A stretch of 64,000 nucleotides of DNA. Origin: a candidate division TM6 bacterium UASB124. Its GTDB lineage: Bacteria > Babelota > Babeliae > Babelales > RVW-14. The notes under the pieces were generated by a model. It was given only the letters and a program-made list of their open reading frames with translations, searched no databases and was not told the DNA's origin. The translations under genes and the position numbers were made by a program. The stretch is from NCBI GenBank assembly GCA_945897315.1, contig CAMDFF010000002.1, positions 23,992 through 87,991 of the forward strand, in the 5' to 3' direction. Of the stretch, positions 1 to 10,075 are shown in pieces (position 1 is the first letter of the stretch; the number at the start of each line of letters is the position of its first letter).

Positions 1-96
1 TTGCAGCGCTGAGCAAACAGTAATGTCGCGGGGTTGTATTTGCCAACCATGAAAGGCTGTGCCGTCATAAGATATGGTAATTTTATAATAATTCAT
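1..96 (-). CDS. truA: tRNA pseudouridine synthase A, first 32 codons only (gene runs off the left edge)
   Basis: Not in the ORF track because there is no stop in the window. The reverse complement of 1..96 reads MNYYKITISYDGTAFHGWQIQPRDITVCSALQ. The YDGT.F.GWQ.QP block is the conserved TruA N-terminal motif. Confidence 0.55.
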   Translation of the reverse strand, partial: MNYYKITISYDGTAFHGWQIQPRDITVCSALQ

Positions 97-326
97 AAAA
101 AAGAAAAATTCATGAAAAAACCCCCATCCAGACTATGACGTCACGGACAGGGGAAATGGAGGTTATCAAAAGTAAATGAGCACTATAAACTAAAAATTTA
201 TAAAACAATGATACTTGCTCGATGGGTAAAAAGCAACAGATTTTTGAATGTTTTTTTACGCAATTCATCGTCTAGCTTTTGTTATGCAAAGAATCATAAA
301 AGTGAAATTAAGCTGTAGTTGAATTT

Positions 327-1424
327 TCAAGCAGAATTTTTCAGCTCATTATAAAGTGCGTTTACCATATTTATAGCATTGGTCACATCATGTTTCCTGC
401 AAGCAACCTCCTGCCCTGCTTTGCCAAGCCTACTACGGTACGTGGGTGATTGCATGAGTGATGTAAGTAATGCCGCATAGTCCTCGGGGGACCGGTTAGT
501 GATAATCAATCCAGTAAGGTCGTTTTCAATAACATCGTGTGTGGCTGTTTGATTCGTGGTGATAATCGGGCAGCCACTAGCCATAGCCTCGAGCAAGGCC
601 AGAGAAAGTCCTTCGCTGTGTGATGTAATGGCAAAGCAATCAAAGAGCTGATAGAAGCGATGTGCGTCGCTCCTGAGCCCCGTTATGACAACGCGGTCAG
701 CGATGCCCATGTCTTGTGCGAGCTGTTCAAGATTGTGGCGACAGCTACCATCGCCGACTAGTAGTAGGTACGTAGAAGGGGGCAACAGTGCGCAAGCTTT
801 GATCAAGAGGTCGTAGCCCTTGATTGGCTCAAGACGGCCGACAGCACCGACTACAAAAGCGTTTTCTGGGATGTTAAGCGCAATGCGAGACAGCGGAATT
901 TCTTGTGGGAGTAAAAAGCGTTTAGTATCAATGGCATTAGGGATAGTGACCAACTTTATAGGCCGGTCTTTGATAATATGGTACTGGTACGCTTGAGCAA
1001 CGGAATTGCTAACGGCAATTGTGACGCTAGTAAAGCCTGCAGTGAGACGGTCTCCCCAGTTACGAATACGACCTTCAGCTGTACAGTTACCGTGTAGATC
1101 ACTGATCACGGGGACGTGTATCCAGTAACCAATGAGGCGCCCAATGATATTTGCAGACCAGAGTGATGTGTGGACTATATCAACATTGTGTATTTGCAGC
1201 CAGCGGTATAAGCGCCACCAGCCGTAGGGGTCGTAATGTGTGATTAGCCCTTGAATCTGGGTGCAGCGTATGCCTGCGGCCTCAAGCCGTGCGCGTATCG
1301 GGCCGTCATGAAAAAAGGCCACGAATACATCGTGGCCTTTTTCTTTAATCTTAGGGGCAAGTTGAGCAAGCGCAACTTCAGCCCCTCCAATTTTTAGACT
1401 AGCAATAACGTAGGCAATACGCAT
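327..1424 (-). CDS. glycosyltransferase, GT4/GT-B type
   Basis: 365 aa. N-terminus is [17 protein letters not shown]; the C-terminal half has SHSEGLSLALLEAMASGCPIITT (the E-x7-E-type GT1/GT4 motif). Its start overlaps the rpoD stop (TAATG). Confidence 0.8.
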   Translation of the reverse strand: MRIAYVIASLKIGGAEVALAQLAPKIKEKGHDVFVAFFHDGPIRARLEAAGIRCTQIQGLITHYDPYGWWRLYRWLQIHNVDIVHTSLWSANIIGRLIGYWIHVPVISDLHGNCTAEGRIRNWGDRLTAGFTSVTIAVSNSVAQAYQYHIIKDRPIKLVTIPNAIDTKRFLLPQEIPLSRIALNIPENAFVVGAVGRLEPIKGYDLLIKACALLPPSTYLLLVGDGSCRHNLEQLAQDMGIADRVVITGLRSDAHRFYQLFDCFAITSHSEGLSLALLEAMASGCPIITTNQTATHDVIENDLTGLIITNRSPEDYAALLTSLMQSPTYRSRLGKAGQEVACRKHDVTNAINMVNALYNELKNSA

Positions 1425-3877
1425 TATTCAATCGGATCGCTAGATGAATTATTATCTATGTCTCTTTCAATAAAAGAGGTGAGCTTCTTGCTGCGAGATG
1501 GATGACGTAGCTTGCGGAGCGCCTTCACTTCAATTTGACGAATACGTTCACGGGTAACCGAGAAGTCTTTGCCAACTTCTTCAAGTGTGTGCTCTGATGC
1601 AACATCGATACCAAAGCGCATCTTGAGGACCTTTTCTTCCCGTGGGGTCAGCGTTTTTAGTACTTCACGCACTTTTTCTTTCAGGTCTTCATTGATAACG
1701 GCATCCACTGGTGAATACTCGTTTTCATCTTCAATAAAGTCTTTCAGGTACGTATCTTCGCTGTCACCAACGGGTGTTTCTAGTGAAACAGGCTCTTTTG
1801 AAATCTTAATGATATTTTTAATTTTCTTTTCATCAAGATTTAGCTCTTTGGCAAGCTCAGTGTATGTTGGGTCGCGTCCCTGCTCTTGTACGTAGGTACG
1901 AGTAATCTTGTTGATTTTGCTCAGTGTTTCCACCATGTGCACCGGTACGCGAATGGTACGCGATTGGTCGGCAATTGCACGGGTGATTGCTTGGCGAATC
2001 CACCAGGTAGCATATGTAGAAAACTTAAAGCCACGCTCAAATTCAAACTTTTCAACAGCTTTGAGTAGCCCAATATTTCCTTCCTGAATCAGATCAAGAA
2101 AGTGTAGCCCGCGGTTGATATATTTTTTAGCAATGTTAACTACTAAGCGTAAGTTAGCTCGTGCGAGGTCGTCTTTGGCAGATTTATCTTTTTTCTGCGC
2201 TACAACAAAGCGTTTGTAGTGTGCAAAAATCTTGTCGCGCGCGATACCCGCTTCTGACTCAACTTTTTTTGCTAACTTTTGTCCACTGCGACAGACGCTT
2301 TCGAGTATTGCTATCTGCTCAAGATCGTTTTCATTTGGCTTCTTAAGGCTGCGATAGAATGTAAGCTTTGCTTCAGCATTCCGAACTTCATCATCTTTTT
2401 CTTGGATTTTATAATAAAGCTTTTCAATCTTCTTGCCAAACTTCTTGATCTGCTTGTTAGAAACCTTAATAGCACGGATAGCAAGCACAATTTGGCGCTT
2501 GTTTTGATCTACCTTGCTTAACATTTCTTTCTTTTTTTCTTCGGAATCAAGTTGATTGCGATACGAACGATAAATCTTATCTTCGTTGCTTGCAAGCTCT
2601 TTAATGTTTTGAATAGCCCCAACAAGCCTAACTTTTTCTTCCTCAAATTTTGGCGAATTATCTTCGTCAAAATCAGAGAATTGGACTAGATCTTTTAAGA
2701 ATAGCGTGTCTTTGCTAAGCCGCTCTTCAAAGCCCATTAAATCTTTTGCGACAAACGGAAATTCTGAAATAGCTTCAATTGATTCACGCTTGCCGGTAGC
2801 AATTTTATCAGCAATGACTTTTTCGGTGTCTTTATTCAAGAGGGGGATCTTACCAATTTCTTTGAGGTACAGCTTCACTGGATCGTTCAGCTGGCTCGGC
2901 TCCATGATGCTCTTGAGTTTATCAAGGTCTTTATCGTAATAGTCATCATCATGTGCTGCATCATTAGCTTCTGATGCGTCAAGTGAGCCATCAATATCAT
3001 TGGGCAACTTTTCAAAAGCAGCCGTTTTTGATGTCGAAGTTTCAACGAGACCATCAAAATCTTGCGTGCCGGTTTCGAGCTCATCTTGTGAAATAAGGTC
3101 AATGTTTTCGCGTTCAAGAATACGTACAAGCTCGTTAGAATCTTCGTCTGAAAGGCGATGTCGTTGATTGAAAGACATAAGCTCTTCGTAGGTCAAAACA
3201 CCTTCATTACGTCCTCGCTCCAGAAGAGAGCCAACGTGCTTATCGATGCTTTTTAGTGACTGCGTTAAGAGTTGTTCTTCATCAGGAATGTTGATGAGTG
3301 CGTTTAAGTCTTCAAGATCTTCTTCTCGCTCTTGCCTTGGAGCGATCAGTTGGATCACAGGATCTTTAGCCGCGATGCTTTTTTTTGTCGCTTTTTCGGC
3401 AGACTTAGAAGCAGTAGCTTTTGCTGTTTTTTTCACTGGTGATTCCACCATGAACGATTCATGAAGTGTAGCTTTTGTGGCCGCAACAACACTTGATTTG
3501 CCTACTTTAACAAGTGTTGGGGTTGGCTGCTTTTCTACAGGGAGTGATGGTGAGTATCCCACGAGTCTTGGCCCTGGAACCTTTGGAGTAGCAATTTTCT
3601 TTATTGTTTTTTGGGGAGCGCGCAACAGGGGTTGTTTTGCAGCAGCCTTTTTTATGATCTTAGCGATAACAACTTGTTTTTTAGCGACAGTACGACCGGG
3701 AGCGCTTACTAATTTTTTAGCGACAGGGCGACCAGTTTTTTGTTTGGCTATTATTTTTTTACGGACAATAGTTTTTTTAGGCGCGGTAGCTTTAGCTACT
3801 GCTTTTTTCGTGTGCTTTTGCTTGCTAATAGCAGCTTTTTTTATTTTTTTCGTTGCGACTTTTTTGCCAGATTTCAT
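1424..3877 (-). CDS. rpoD: primary RNA polymerase sigma factor (sigma-70/RpoD) with a long Lys/Ala-rich N-terminal extension
   Basis: 817 aa. Region 2 reads [56 protein letters not shown]. Region 4 reads [30 protein letters not shown]. It lies directly downstream of dnaG with an ATGA overlap. Confidence 0.95.
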   Translation of the reverse strand: MKSGKKVATKKIKKAAISKQKHTKKAVAKATAPKKTIVRKKIIAKQKTGRPVAKKLVSAPGRTVAKKQVVIAKIIKKAAAKQPLLRAPQKTIKKIATPKVPGPRLVGYSPSLPVEKQPTPTLVKVGKSSVVAATKATLHESFMVESPVKKTAKATASKSAEKATKKSIAAKDPVIQLIAPRQEREEDLEDLNALINIPDEEQLLTQSLKSIDKHVGSLLERGRNEGVLTYEELMSFNQRHRLSDEDSNELVRILERENIDLISQDELETGTQDFDGLVETSTSKTAAFEKLPNDIDGSLDASEANDAAHDDDYYDKDLDKLKSIMEPSQLNDPVKLYLKEIGKIPLLNKDTEKVIADKIATGKRESIEAISEFPFVAKDLMGFEERLSKDTLFLKDLVQFSDFDEDNSPKFEEEKVRLVGAIQNIKELASNEDKIYRSYRNQLDSEEKKKEMLSKVDQNKRQIVLAIRAIKVSNKQIKKFGKKIEKLYYKIQEKDDEVRNAEAKLTFYRSLKKPNENDLEQIAILESVCRSGQKLAKKVESEAGIARDKIFAHYKRFVVAQKKDKSAKDDLARANLRLVVNIAKKYINRGLHFLDLIQEGNIGLLKAVEKFEFERGFKFSTYATWWIRQAITRAIADQSRTIRVPVHMVETLSKINKITRTYVQEQGRDPTYTELAKELNLDEKKIKNIIKISKEPVSLETPVGDSEDTYLKDFIEDENEYSPVDAVINEDLKEKVREVLKTLTPREEKVLKMRFGIDVASEHTLEEVGKDFSVTRERIRQIEVKALRKLRHPSRSKKLTSFIERDIDNNSSSDPIE

Positions 3878-5676
3878 CGTACAAGCCCCCTTTGCATCAT
3901 GCCTTGTTTGAGGTGAGAAAAACGTTCAAGCACATCATTCATCGTCTGTGTGTCATTTTCTAATTTTGCTTTGACCAGTTGCTGTTTTATATCCTTGACT
4001 ATCCTTTGCCAGTGAACCTTGCAAAATCTATCTAAAAGCCGATCAAATAACTGATGGCATGTTTGCGTGTTGTGTTGCATAGCAACACGAACAACCCATT
4101 CCTTATGAAAAGCTTCAAAGGAGTCGAGGAGTTCACTAACAGATGATGATCCATCATGATGGCTGTGCCATTGCTCAACGAGCATTAACAAGCTCTGCAT
4201 ACGAGAACTAAAATAGGGCCGCACATCACCAGGAACGTGTAACAGCTTACCAGCTGCAATGCCGCCAAGTATACCAGAAAAAATTTTTTCTTCTAGCAAC
4301 TGATTATCAGGCTCTGTTGATTCTTGAGGTTCTGTAACAACATGACCTACTTCCACTGGGGTTTCAAACTGTATTTTTTGTGCCTGCTTGCGCATGGTAG
4401 TATTCAGGAGTGTTTTGAAAGAGTCAAATGGCATTTGCATCACAGCCGCTGCATGGTGGAGCAAGACATCCTGTTTAAAGCTGTTTTTAATTTTGGCAAT
4501 CGTTCCAACAATTTTTTCGGCAGAGCTCATTTTTTGGGCAAGAGGCTTAGCTAAAAAATTTGCACCAAGCGAATTGATGAAGTGGTGCATAATTTCAACA
4601 GCACTGGCTTTATAGCCTAGTAAGTCGCCCCCATCTATCAGAAATGAAGCAGGGTCGTGCTTTATTGGCAGCGTAATAATATACATTTCTAAATTTACCT
4701 CCCAACAGAGTTCCGCTAGTCGCAGCATTGCTTTTTGGCCAGCATGGTCGCCATCGTAAAGCACATATAGAGTGTGAGCATGTCTGCTGAGCTGTTTAAG
4801 ATGATCGATAGTGCAGGCAGTGCCAAGTGTTGCAATAGTGTTAATAAAACCATATTGCACCATCATGATGCAGTCAACATAGCCCTCAACAAGAAACACT
4901 GATTCTTCAGTTTGAATGGCTTTTTTAGCCATATCAAACCCAAATAAAATCTTGCCTTTTTCAAAGCCGTCTGCCTCTTTGCTATTGTAGTATTTTGCGC
5001 GGTCATCGCCGGTACGAAAAACTCTACCCCCAAAACCGCAGTGTCTGGCTTGCATATCTTTGATGGGAAAGATTATGCGCTCTTCAAAGGGTGAGTAGGG
5101 CATGCCTTTACCGTCGGCTAGTACGCCAGCATCGTGCAGATCTCTGAGTAGAAACCCTTCACCTTGTAAATCTTTTAAAAGCTTTTTGATGTTGTGTTGT
5201 CCGCCAGGAAAGTAGCCAATCTGAAAAGATTTAATCGTTTCCAAACTTACCGAGCGTTGCACAAGATAATCAACTGCATATTGATTACTAAAGAGTTGTT
5301 TGTGCGCCCAGGCAGAGAAGGCTTTGCAGGTTTGAAAATAACGGTCTTTGGCATCTTTTTCTTCTGTTGTTGAACTATGTATTTGCTTTGTAAGCTCAGC
5401 AGGAACGCTTAATTGGTAGCGCTCGATGAGTAGCTGCGCTGCTTCAAGCTGGTTGAGGTGTTCAAGTTTGGCAATAAATGAGATGACATCCCCTGATGCA
5501 TGGCATCCAAAACAGTAATAAATTTGCTTCTCTGGGCTAACGGTGAAAGAAGCATCTTTTTCTGCATGGAAAATACAAGACCCTTTCCAGTAGTGCCCTG
5601 CAGGTTTGAGTGATACGACTTCACCGATGACGTCTAAAATTGAAACCTGTTGTTTTATAAAATTAAAAAGGGACAT
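3874..5676 (-). CDS. dnaG: DNA primase
   Basis: 600 aa. CHC2 zinc finger ([13 protein letters not shown]...[15 protein letters not shown]). TOPRIM motifs [11 protein letters not shown] and DGDHAGQKA. Confidence 0.9.
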   Translation of the reverse strand: MSLFNFIKQQVSILDVIGEVVSLKPAGHYWKGSCIFHAEKDASFTVSPEKQIYYCFGCHASGDVISFIAKLEHLNQLEAAQLLIERYQLSVPAELTKQIHSSTTEEKDAKDRYFQTCKAFSAWAHKQLFSNQYAVDYLVQRSVSLETIKSFQIGYFPGGQHNIKKLLKDLQGEGFLLRDLHDAGVLADGKGMPYSPFEERIIFPIKDMQARHCGFGGRVFRTGDDRAKYYNSKEADGFEKGKILFGFDMAKKAIQTEESVFLVEGYVDCIMMVQYGFINTIATLGTACTIDHLKQLSRHAHTLYVLYDGDHAGQKAMLRLAELCWEVNLEMYIITLPIKHDPASFLIDGGDLLGYKASAVEIMHHFINSLGANFLAKPLAQKMSSAEKIVGTIAKIKNSFKQDVLLHHAAAVMQMPFDSFKTLLNTTMRKQAQKIQFETPVEVGHVVTEPQESTEPDNQLLEEKIFSGILGGIAAGKLLHVPGDVRPYFSSRMQSLLMLVEQWHSHHDGSSSVSELLDSFEAFHKEWVVRVAMQHNTQTCHQLFDRLLDRFCKVHWQRIVKDIKQQLVKAKLENDTQTMNDVLERFSHLKQGMMQRGLVR

Positions 5677-5694
5677 AGGTTGTTAATGTTTTCT

Positions 5695-6552
5695 TTATGG
5701 CTTTTTTGAGGAGAGGAGCCACAGTAGCCCAGCGATGGTGCATAAAAGTCCGACAACAGAATACATTTGTACTTGCGAAATAACTAATGATCCTATTGTT
5801 CCAATGATCGGGTCGCGATCACCGCGCCAAAAATCAAGAATAAACCGAGCAATGTTTTCAAGCATGAGAAATGAACACAGCATAATCCCAGGATTCTTTA
5901 GTAGGCGTTTCTGTAAGAAAAATAGTATGGAAAAAGTTATTGCTGATGCGGCACTTGCATAAAGCTGTGTTGGATGCAGAGGTATGAAGAGCGGGGCATG
6001 AGCATCAGGGTTGATAAACGTGACAGCCCACAAGAGGGCAGCAGCAGGAGCTCCATAGCAACAGCCAGCGGCAAAACAACCAAGGCGAGAAATAGCGTGC
6101 ATGAGCGGTGCGAATAGTGCGACAAGATCAAATAGTGGCAGCACCGGGATATGATGTCGCTTGAGGTACCAAAATCCGCCAATCAGAACCCCTATAATTG
6201 CCCCAATGACTGTCAGGCCACCTATCCATGGCAGAAATAATTCGTGCCATCGACCCGTAAATTCTGCAGGGTAGGATAGGGCGTAGAGCAACCGTCCTCC
6301 GGCGACGCCGCAGAGCAGTCCAAAAAAGACACCGTTTATGTAAAGATCTTTGCTGATGATTTTTTTGCGTTGTGGGTGATTGATTGAAAAATATAAAAAA
6401 ATGAGGAGGCCAACGGCAATCATAAAGCCATAGCTTTGAATCCAAATGGGGCCGTACAGATGAGCGATATGCGGAAACATGTGTCCTCCAATGATAAGTG
6501 TTTGAGCTGCAGGGGTACAGTTTACCAGAAGCTGCAGGAGAGACAAGGTCAC
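5695..6552 (-). CDS. lgt: prolipoprotein diacylglyceryl transferase
   Basis: 285 aa polytopic membrane protein with GGRLLYAL and the Lgt signature HPTQLY. GTG start at 6552. Confidence 0.8.
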   Translation of the reverse strand: MTLSLLQLLVNCTPAAQTLIIGGHMFPHIAHLYGPIWIQSYGFMIAVGLLIFLYFSINHPQRKKIISKDLYINGVFFGLLCGVAGGRLLYALSYPAEFTGRWHELFLPWIGGLTVIGAIIGVLIGGFWYLKRHHIPVLPLFDLVALFAPLMHAISRLGCFAAGCCYGAPAAALLWAVTFINPDAHAPLFIPLHPTQLYASAASAITFSILFFLQKRLLKNPGIMLCSFLMLENIARFILDFWRGDRDPIIGTIGSLVISQVQMYSVVGLLCTIAGLLWLLSSKKP

Positions 6553-6555
6553 ATG
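6521..6555. repeat. direct repeat copy 1 (covers the lgt start codon and first codons)
   Basis: tttaccagaagctgcaggagagacaaggtcacatg. It matches 7631..7665 at 32 of 35 positions. Confidence 0.85.
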
Positions 6556-6675
6556 GAAATATCAGATTTTATACATTACTTAGAGAGGTAGAATATTATT
6601 TGTTGCTATGCTCTTACCTGTAACGACATACTCATCAATAGAAATATATTTATTTTTATCACAAAGGGGGGATTC

Positions 6676-7593
6676 ATGAAAAAGATACAAAGACAGCTAT
6701 TACTTGTGGGCGCTTGCGGACTGCTTGTGGGGACTGTTCAGGCATCTTCAGATACCAGAGAAAAAGTTAGGTTGGACCACGACGCAAAAGAGGCAGCAGC
6801 AGAAAATGAGACTCGAGTGCGTGCGCGGGAAATGGCTATTGCCATGCAAAATGCTGCCTGGCAAAAAGCAGTCAGGGATGAGGCAAAAAATAGTCAAGAG
6901 ATTAGCGATAGCATAGCTAAAGCTCGGCAAGGTGGATCAAGCCTTCTGCTAGAAGCTGCGGTTGACGCTAAAGCTCAAGAATCTGCTGGCAGGGATGAGC
7001 TAGCAAAGAGAGCTGCAGAACGCGCAGCACGCGCAGCAGCTCGAGAAGGGCTTGCAAAAGAACAGCGATCAATGGAATGTAGCGAAGCACAATCTGCACC
7101 AGAAAAGGCATCTGAATTGGTTAGATTGCGGCCAGCAGCGACTCGTCCTGTTTGTGCTTCTGCTCCGGCTAAAGAGAGTGAACCTCCATTTGTTAAAATA
7201 GCTCGAGAAAAAAAAGAGCGGGCCGCGGCGGCGCAACTACAGCAAGATCTATCGCGCTTAGCTGATCGTCTAGCTACAATGCCCCAAGAAAAAGCCGAAG
7301 AAGTTGTGGAAAATGCACTGGTAGCAGCTAGTTGTAGCGGATCTGGAGTTGTTGAGGCTGTCGAAGCGCCTGGTAACGATGGCATGGGAGCCCCAGCTGA
7401 AGCACCAGTAAGTTCTTTGCCTGTGAGTGCAGATCCTATGCCAGTAGCTGCGTCTACTGATGCATCTGTGTCAGCTACCGCGCCTACGGCGGCGCCTACT
7501 GCACCAGCTGCTGCCGACGCAGGCTGGTTTGCTTGGGGTGTGCAAGGTGTTGCAAGCGTGCTGCCTTCTTCATTGAACCCATGGTCAAAATAA
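6676..7593 (+). CDS. hypothetical secreted Ala/Glu/Lys-rich protein
   Basis: 305 aa. Signal-peptide-like N-terminus MKKIQRQLLLVGACGLLVGTVQASS. Low-complexity helical A/E/R/K core and an A/P/T/S-rich tail. Visibly more GC-rich than the flanks. Confidence 0.6.
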   Translation: MKKIQRQLLLVGACGLLVGTVQASSDTREKVRLDHDAKEAAAENETRVRAREMAIAMQNAAWQKAVRDEAKNSQEISDSIAKARQGGSSLLLEAAVDAKAQESAGRDELAKRAAERAARAAAREGLAKEQRSMECSEAQSAPEKASELVRLRPAATRPVCASAPAKESEPPFVKIAREKKERAAAAQLQQDLSRLADRLATMPQEKAEEVVENALVAASCSGSGVVEAVEAPGNDGMGAPAEAPVSSLPVSADPMPVAASTDASVSATAPTAAPTAPAAADAGWFAWGVQGVASVLPSSLNPWSK

Positions 7594-7630
7594 GCATTCT
7601 CTAGCGACGTTGCATAGCCGTTGGTAATTA

Positions 7631-7665
7631 TTTACCAGAAGCTCCAGGAGAGACAAGGCCGCATG
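7631..7665. repeat. direct repeat copy 2 (orphan copy of the lgt 5' end)
   Basis: tttaccagaagctccaggagagacaaggccgcatg. On the minus strand it reads only ATG CGG CCT TGT CTC TCC TGG AGC TTC TGG TAA, a dead-end mini-ORF. Confidence 0.85.
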
Positions 7666-7680
7666 AGTTGGAGAGAAATA

Positions 7681-7713
7681 AAAAAGGGATGGCTATTTTG
7701 TAGCCAGCCCTTT
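7681..7713. terminator. hairpin between convergent genes
   Basis: aaaaa-GGGATGGCTA-ttttg-TAGCCAGCCC-ttt. 10-bp stem with one mismatch, with an A-run and a T-run on either side. Confidence 0.45.
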
Positions 7714-7731
7714 AAAACAGCAATATAAAGC

Positions 7732-8490
7732 TTAGAGAGCCATACCACTAAGCAGTGCAGCAAGGCTGTCAGTATTGCCCCGAGCACGTTGTTTTGCTTC
7801 TAGGTTATCGAGCCATTCACAGAATGTGAAGCCGTGTAATTTTTTAAGATTTGCTTCTAGCCGGATTTCTAGCTTAGGGCTGAGAGCAGCGTCTTCGCTA
7901 CTATGATTGCCATAGCTAGAACTACTAAGAAAAGTCGAACGCATGCTGACTAAGCGTTGCAGTTGTTTTATGAGTAAGTAGGTTTCGTCATCCAGTTTGC
8001 CGCTGCGTGTTAAATCCCCTACTATTTTTACAGCGCTTGTTCCACCATTTTTTTTCGTAGATAAAGCCGTTAATTGTGGGCCTGCAGAATCTAGCAGTTC
8101 AATAGTAATAGGATTTAAGAGTGTTTCTTCTGACAACGACATGAATGTTGATAGAAAATTAAACATGCGGTTGAACAAAAGTGTAGGGCGGGCATTTTTT
8201 AGGTTGATTTCTACTTGTTCTGCCGTGGCAATTATTGCCTTGTTTTTTGCTAAACAGAGGTTGCCTGTTTCATCTGTGATGCATTTTATACGCACGCATT
8301 CTGAGTGTGCTTGTGGTGTGAATGATACTTGTCCACGTCTACGCTTCGTGCGATCTTGTTTTTTTGCAGAGGATTTTACGAAGCCGGTGATTTTTCCAGC
8401 GTCTAGGTTGAAACTGAAAACACTACTGAGCACGCAGGCGAGTATGATACCTGATTGTGATCGCATATTCATAATAAACTCCATTTTCAA
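7732..8490 (-). CDS. hypothetical secreted protein
   Basis: 252-aa ORF with a hydrophobic N-terminal segment (GIILACVLSSVFSF). I recognise no motif. The exact start among several Met codons is uncertain. Confidence 0.5.
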   Translation of the reverse strand: MKMEFIMNMRSQSGIILACVLSSVFSFNLDAGKITGFVKSSAKKQDRTKRRRGQVSFTPQAHSECVRIKCITDETGNLCLAKNKAIIATAEQVEINLKNARPTLLFNRMFNFLSTFMSLSEETLLNPITIELLDSAGPQLTALSTKKNGGTSAVKIVGDLTRSGKLDDETYLLIKQLQRLVSMRSTFLSSSSYGNHSSEDAALSPKLEIRLEANLKKLHGFTFCEWLDNLEAKQRARGNTDSLAALLSGMAL

Positions 8491-8616
8491 TTATTCTTAT
8501 ATTGCTACGCAATTATATTATATCTGCATATATAAAAACATCAAATGGGTTGTTGAATGTGTTATTTGTATTAATAAAAGAGTATTGTAAAGGCTTGGTT
8601 TGGAAGAAAAACCAGA

Positions 8617-8905
8617 TAAGAAAAGCGCTATCTGTGGGCACTTGTTGCACGCCTGGGGCAGCACTTTTCTTCTGATTGGTGTAATTGTATAGAGAAATCA
8701 CGCGGCCTGAGAAGCTGTTTGACAGCTTAGACCCTACAGTTACGTTATAAAACGAAAGCTAGTATGATCCTATATCAGGGGAAAGCCGGGTTAAGAAAAC
8801 GTCATCTTAAGGCACTTGTTGCACGCCAGGCGATCGTATTTCTTCCGATTTGCGTAATTTTTTATAAAAATTACGTGGTCAGTGAGCTGTTTGAAAGCTC
8901 GGAAC
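8617..8905. repeat. two diverged tandem copies (~115-120 bp each, 174-bp period) of a non-coding unit
   Basis: ggcacttgttgcacgcc occurs at 8637..8653 and 8811..8827. The flanks are colinear (taagaaaa..., tttcttc.gatt.g.gtaatt, gctgtttga.agct). Each unit ends in a small hairpin (8712..8728 and 8884..8900). Confidence 0.7.
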
Positions 8906-9019
8906 CGTATAGAGTTGAGTACTTAAACTGCAACTATATGAACCTATCCTACCCCCTAAGAAGAATAATGTCAAGTAGGCAATTACAATTATTTTATAGG
9001 GTTGGAAACTTCTTTAGAG

Positions 9020-10075
9020 TCAAAACTGTAAGATCGATTTGATTTGCTCAAATAAAGCTTCGTGGTTGGTTGCAATTGCTTCTTGGCTGAGTACAGTAAA
9101 AATTTCAGGGTGGGCTTTGGCCATGGCTTGGGCATTGTACATCTGGTGATTGGTTGTTTGTGCCAGTAAGGGAATGACAATACAGGGTCGCCTCAGGTAT
9201 GCAATTTCAAATAATGTTCCCGCGCCGGCACGGCACATAATTAAATCAGCAAGTTGGTAGTAATGGGCGATGAGTGGATCGTATGAAAAAGCAATGGCAG
9301 GAATATCTAGATGTTTATAAAAATGTTGCCAATCAGTCTCTTCAAAAGATCCTGTTTGGTGGATAATTTGCACGCGCTGCTTCATCGTAGGGTTTTCAGT
9401 TAGGAATACTTTAATAAGCTTGTTGAGCAGCTGTGATCCTTGTGATCCACCCAAAATGAAAATAGTTTTGCGTTGAACTTCAAAAGGCACCCAGTATTGT
9501 TCGCTAGCATGTTGCCGATTAATTAGTGTAATCAATGTTGGGATGGGCATTTGTGCCTGTTTAATCTCGTGCCTGATCGGGTAAGCGACGAGCGTACTTT
9601 TTGGCAAGTGCTGCTGCGTTTCTTTAAAAACGCAAAAGAGGTTTGTCGCAAAATATTTCAAAACCATGACAGCTTTGCCTGGGAGCACATTCAGTTCATA
9701 CACGTCGATAGGAATGCGCATTGTCCATGCGGCTAAGCACACAGGAATCGCATGAATCCCTCCCGTGGTTATAACACGTTGAGGTTTATGCTCAAACAAC
9801 GTAAAAAAGCTTTTGATGAATAGGCGTGCTATTTGTACGCAGAGTATTGGAAATAAATACCACTTGCGTAGTGAAAATCTGGCAAGAGGCATGTGAATAG
9901 TTCTGTCTATATCGGTTTGTTGCTCTATGATACGGTGCTCTAGTGGTGTTGCACCGGTGATAAAAACAACGCGTCTGTCTGCTTGTTCCAGCTTCCAATC
10001 GTTGGCTAATGTGAGTGCTGGCAAAATATGGCCACCAGATCCAGCGGCAACAGCAAGTAAGACTACGATTTCCAT
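9020..10075 (-). CDS. murG: UDP-GlcNAc:lipid I N-acetylglucosaminyltransferase (MurG family)
   Basis: 351 aa. N-terminal AAGSGGHILPALTLA; C-terminal ADLIMCRAGAGTLFEIAYLRRPCIVIPL. The layout is typical of MurG. Confidence 0.75.
   Translation of the reverse strand: MEIVVLLAVAAGSGGHILPALTLANDWKLEQADRRVVFITGATPLEHRIIEQQTDIDRTIHMPLARFSLRKWYLFPILCVQIARLFIKSFFTLFEHKPQRVITTGGIHAIPVCLAAWTMRIPIDVYELNVLPGKAVMVLKYFATNLFCVFKETQQHLPKSTLVAYPIRHEIKQAQMPIPTLITLINRQHASEQYWVPFEVQRKTIFILGGSQGSQLLNKLIKVFLTENPTMKQRVQIIHQTGSFEETDWQHFYKHLDIPAIAFSYDPLIAHYYQLADLIMCRAGAGTLFEIAYLRRPCIVIPLLAQTTNHQMYNAQAMAKAHPEIFTVLSQEAIATNHEALFEQIKSILQF

Noticed and set aside
1569-3911. Plus-strand ORFs of 60-144 aa (1569..1895, 1886..2068, 2161..2346, 2279..2521, 2706..2939, 3246..3464, 3477..3911) and the off-frame minus-strand ORF 2887..3129 within rpoD
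   Set aside because: They lie entirely inside a gene with unambiguous sigma-70 motifs. Their sequences are low-complexity mirror images of it (Phe/Ser/Leu-rich opposite Lys/Glu-rich codons). None has a motif or a plausible RBS.
6975-7385. 136-aa minus-strand ORF, plus 28628..28990 and 29240..29509 on the plus strand, opposite the Ala/Pro-rich genes
   Set aside because: GC-rich, Ala-codon-rich DNA is open in several frames. The sense frames have signal peptides, sensible starts and terminators, and the antisense ones do not.
8513-9042. ORFs 8513..8701 (minus) and 8764..9042 (plus) in the murG-downstream gap
   Set aside because: They have no RBS or motif. The reading frames are not conserved between the two tandem repeat units they overlap, so the repeat is better explained as non-coding.
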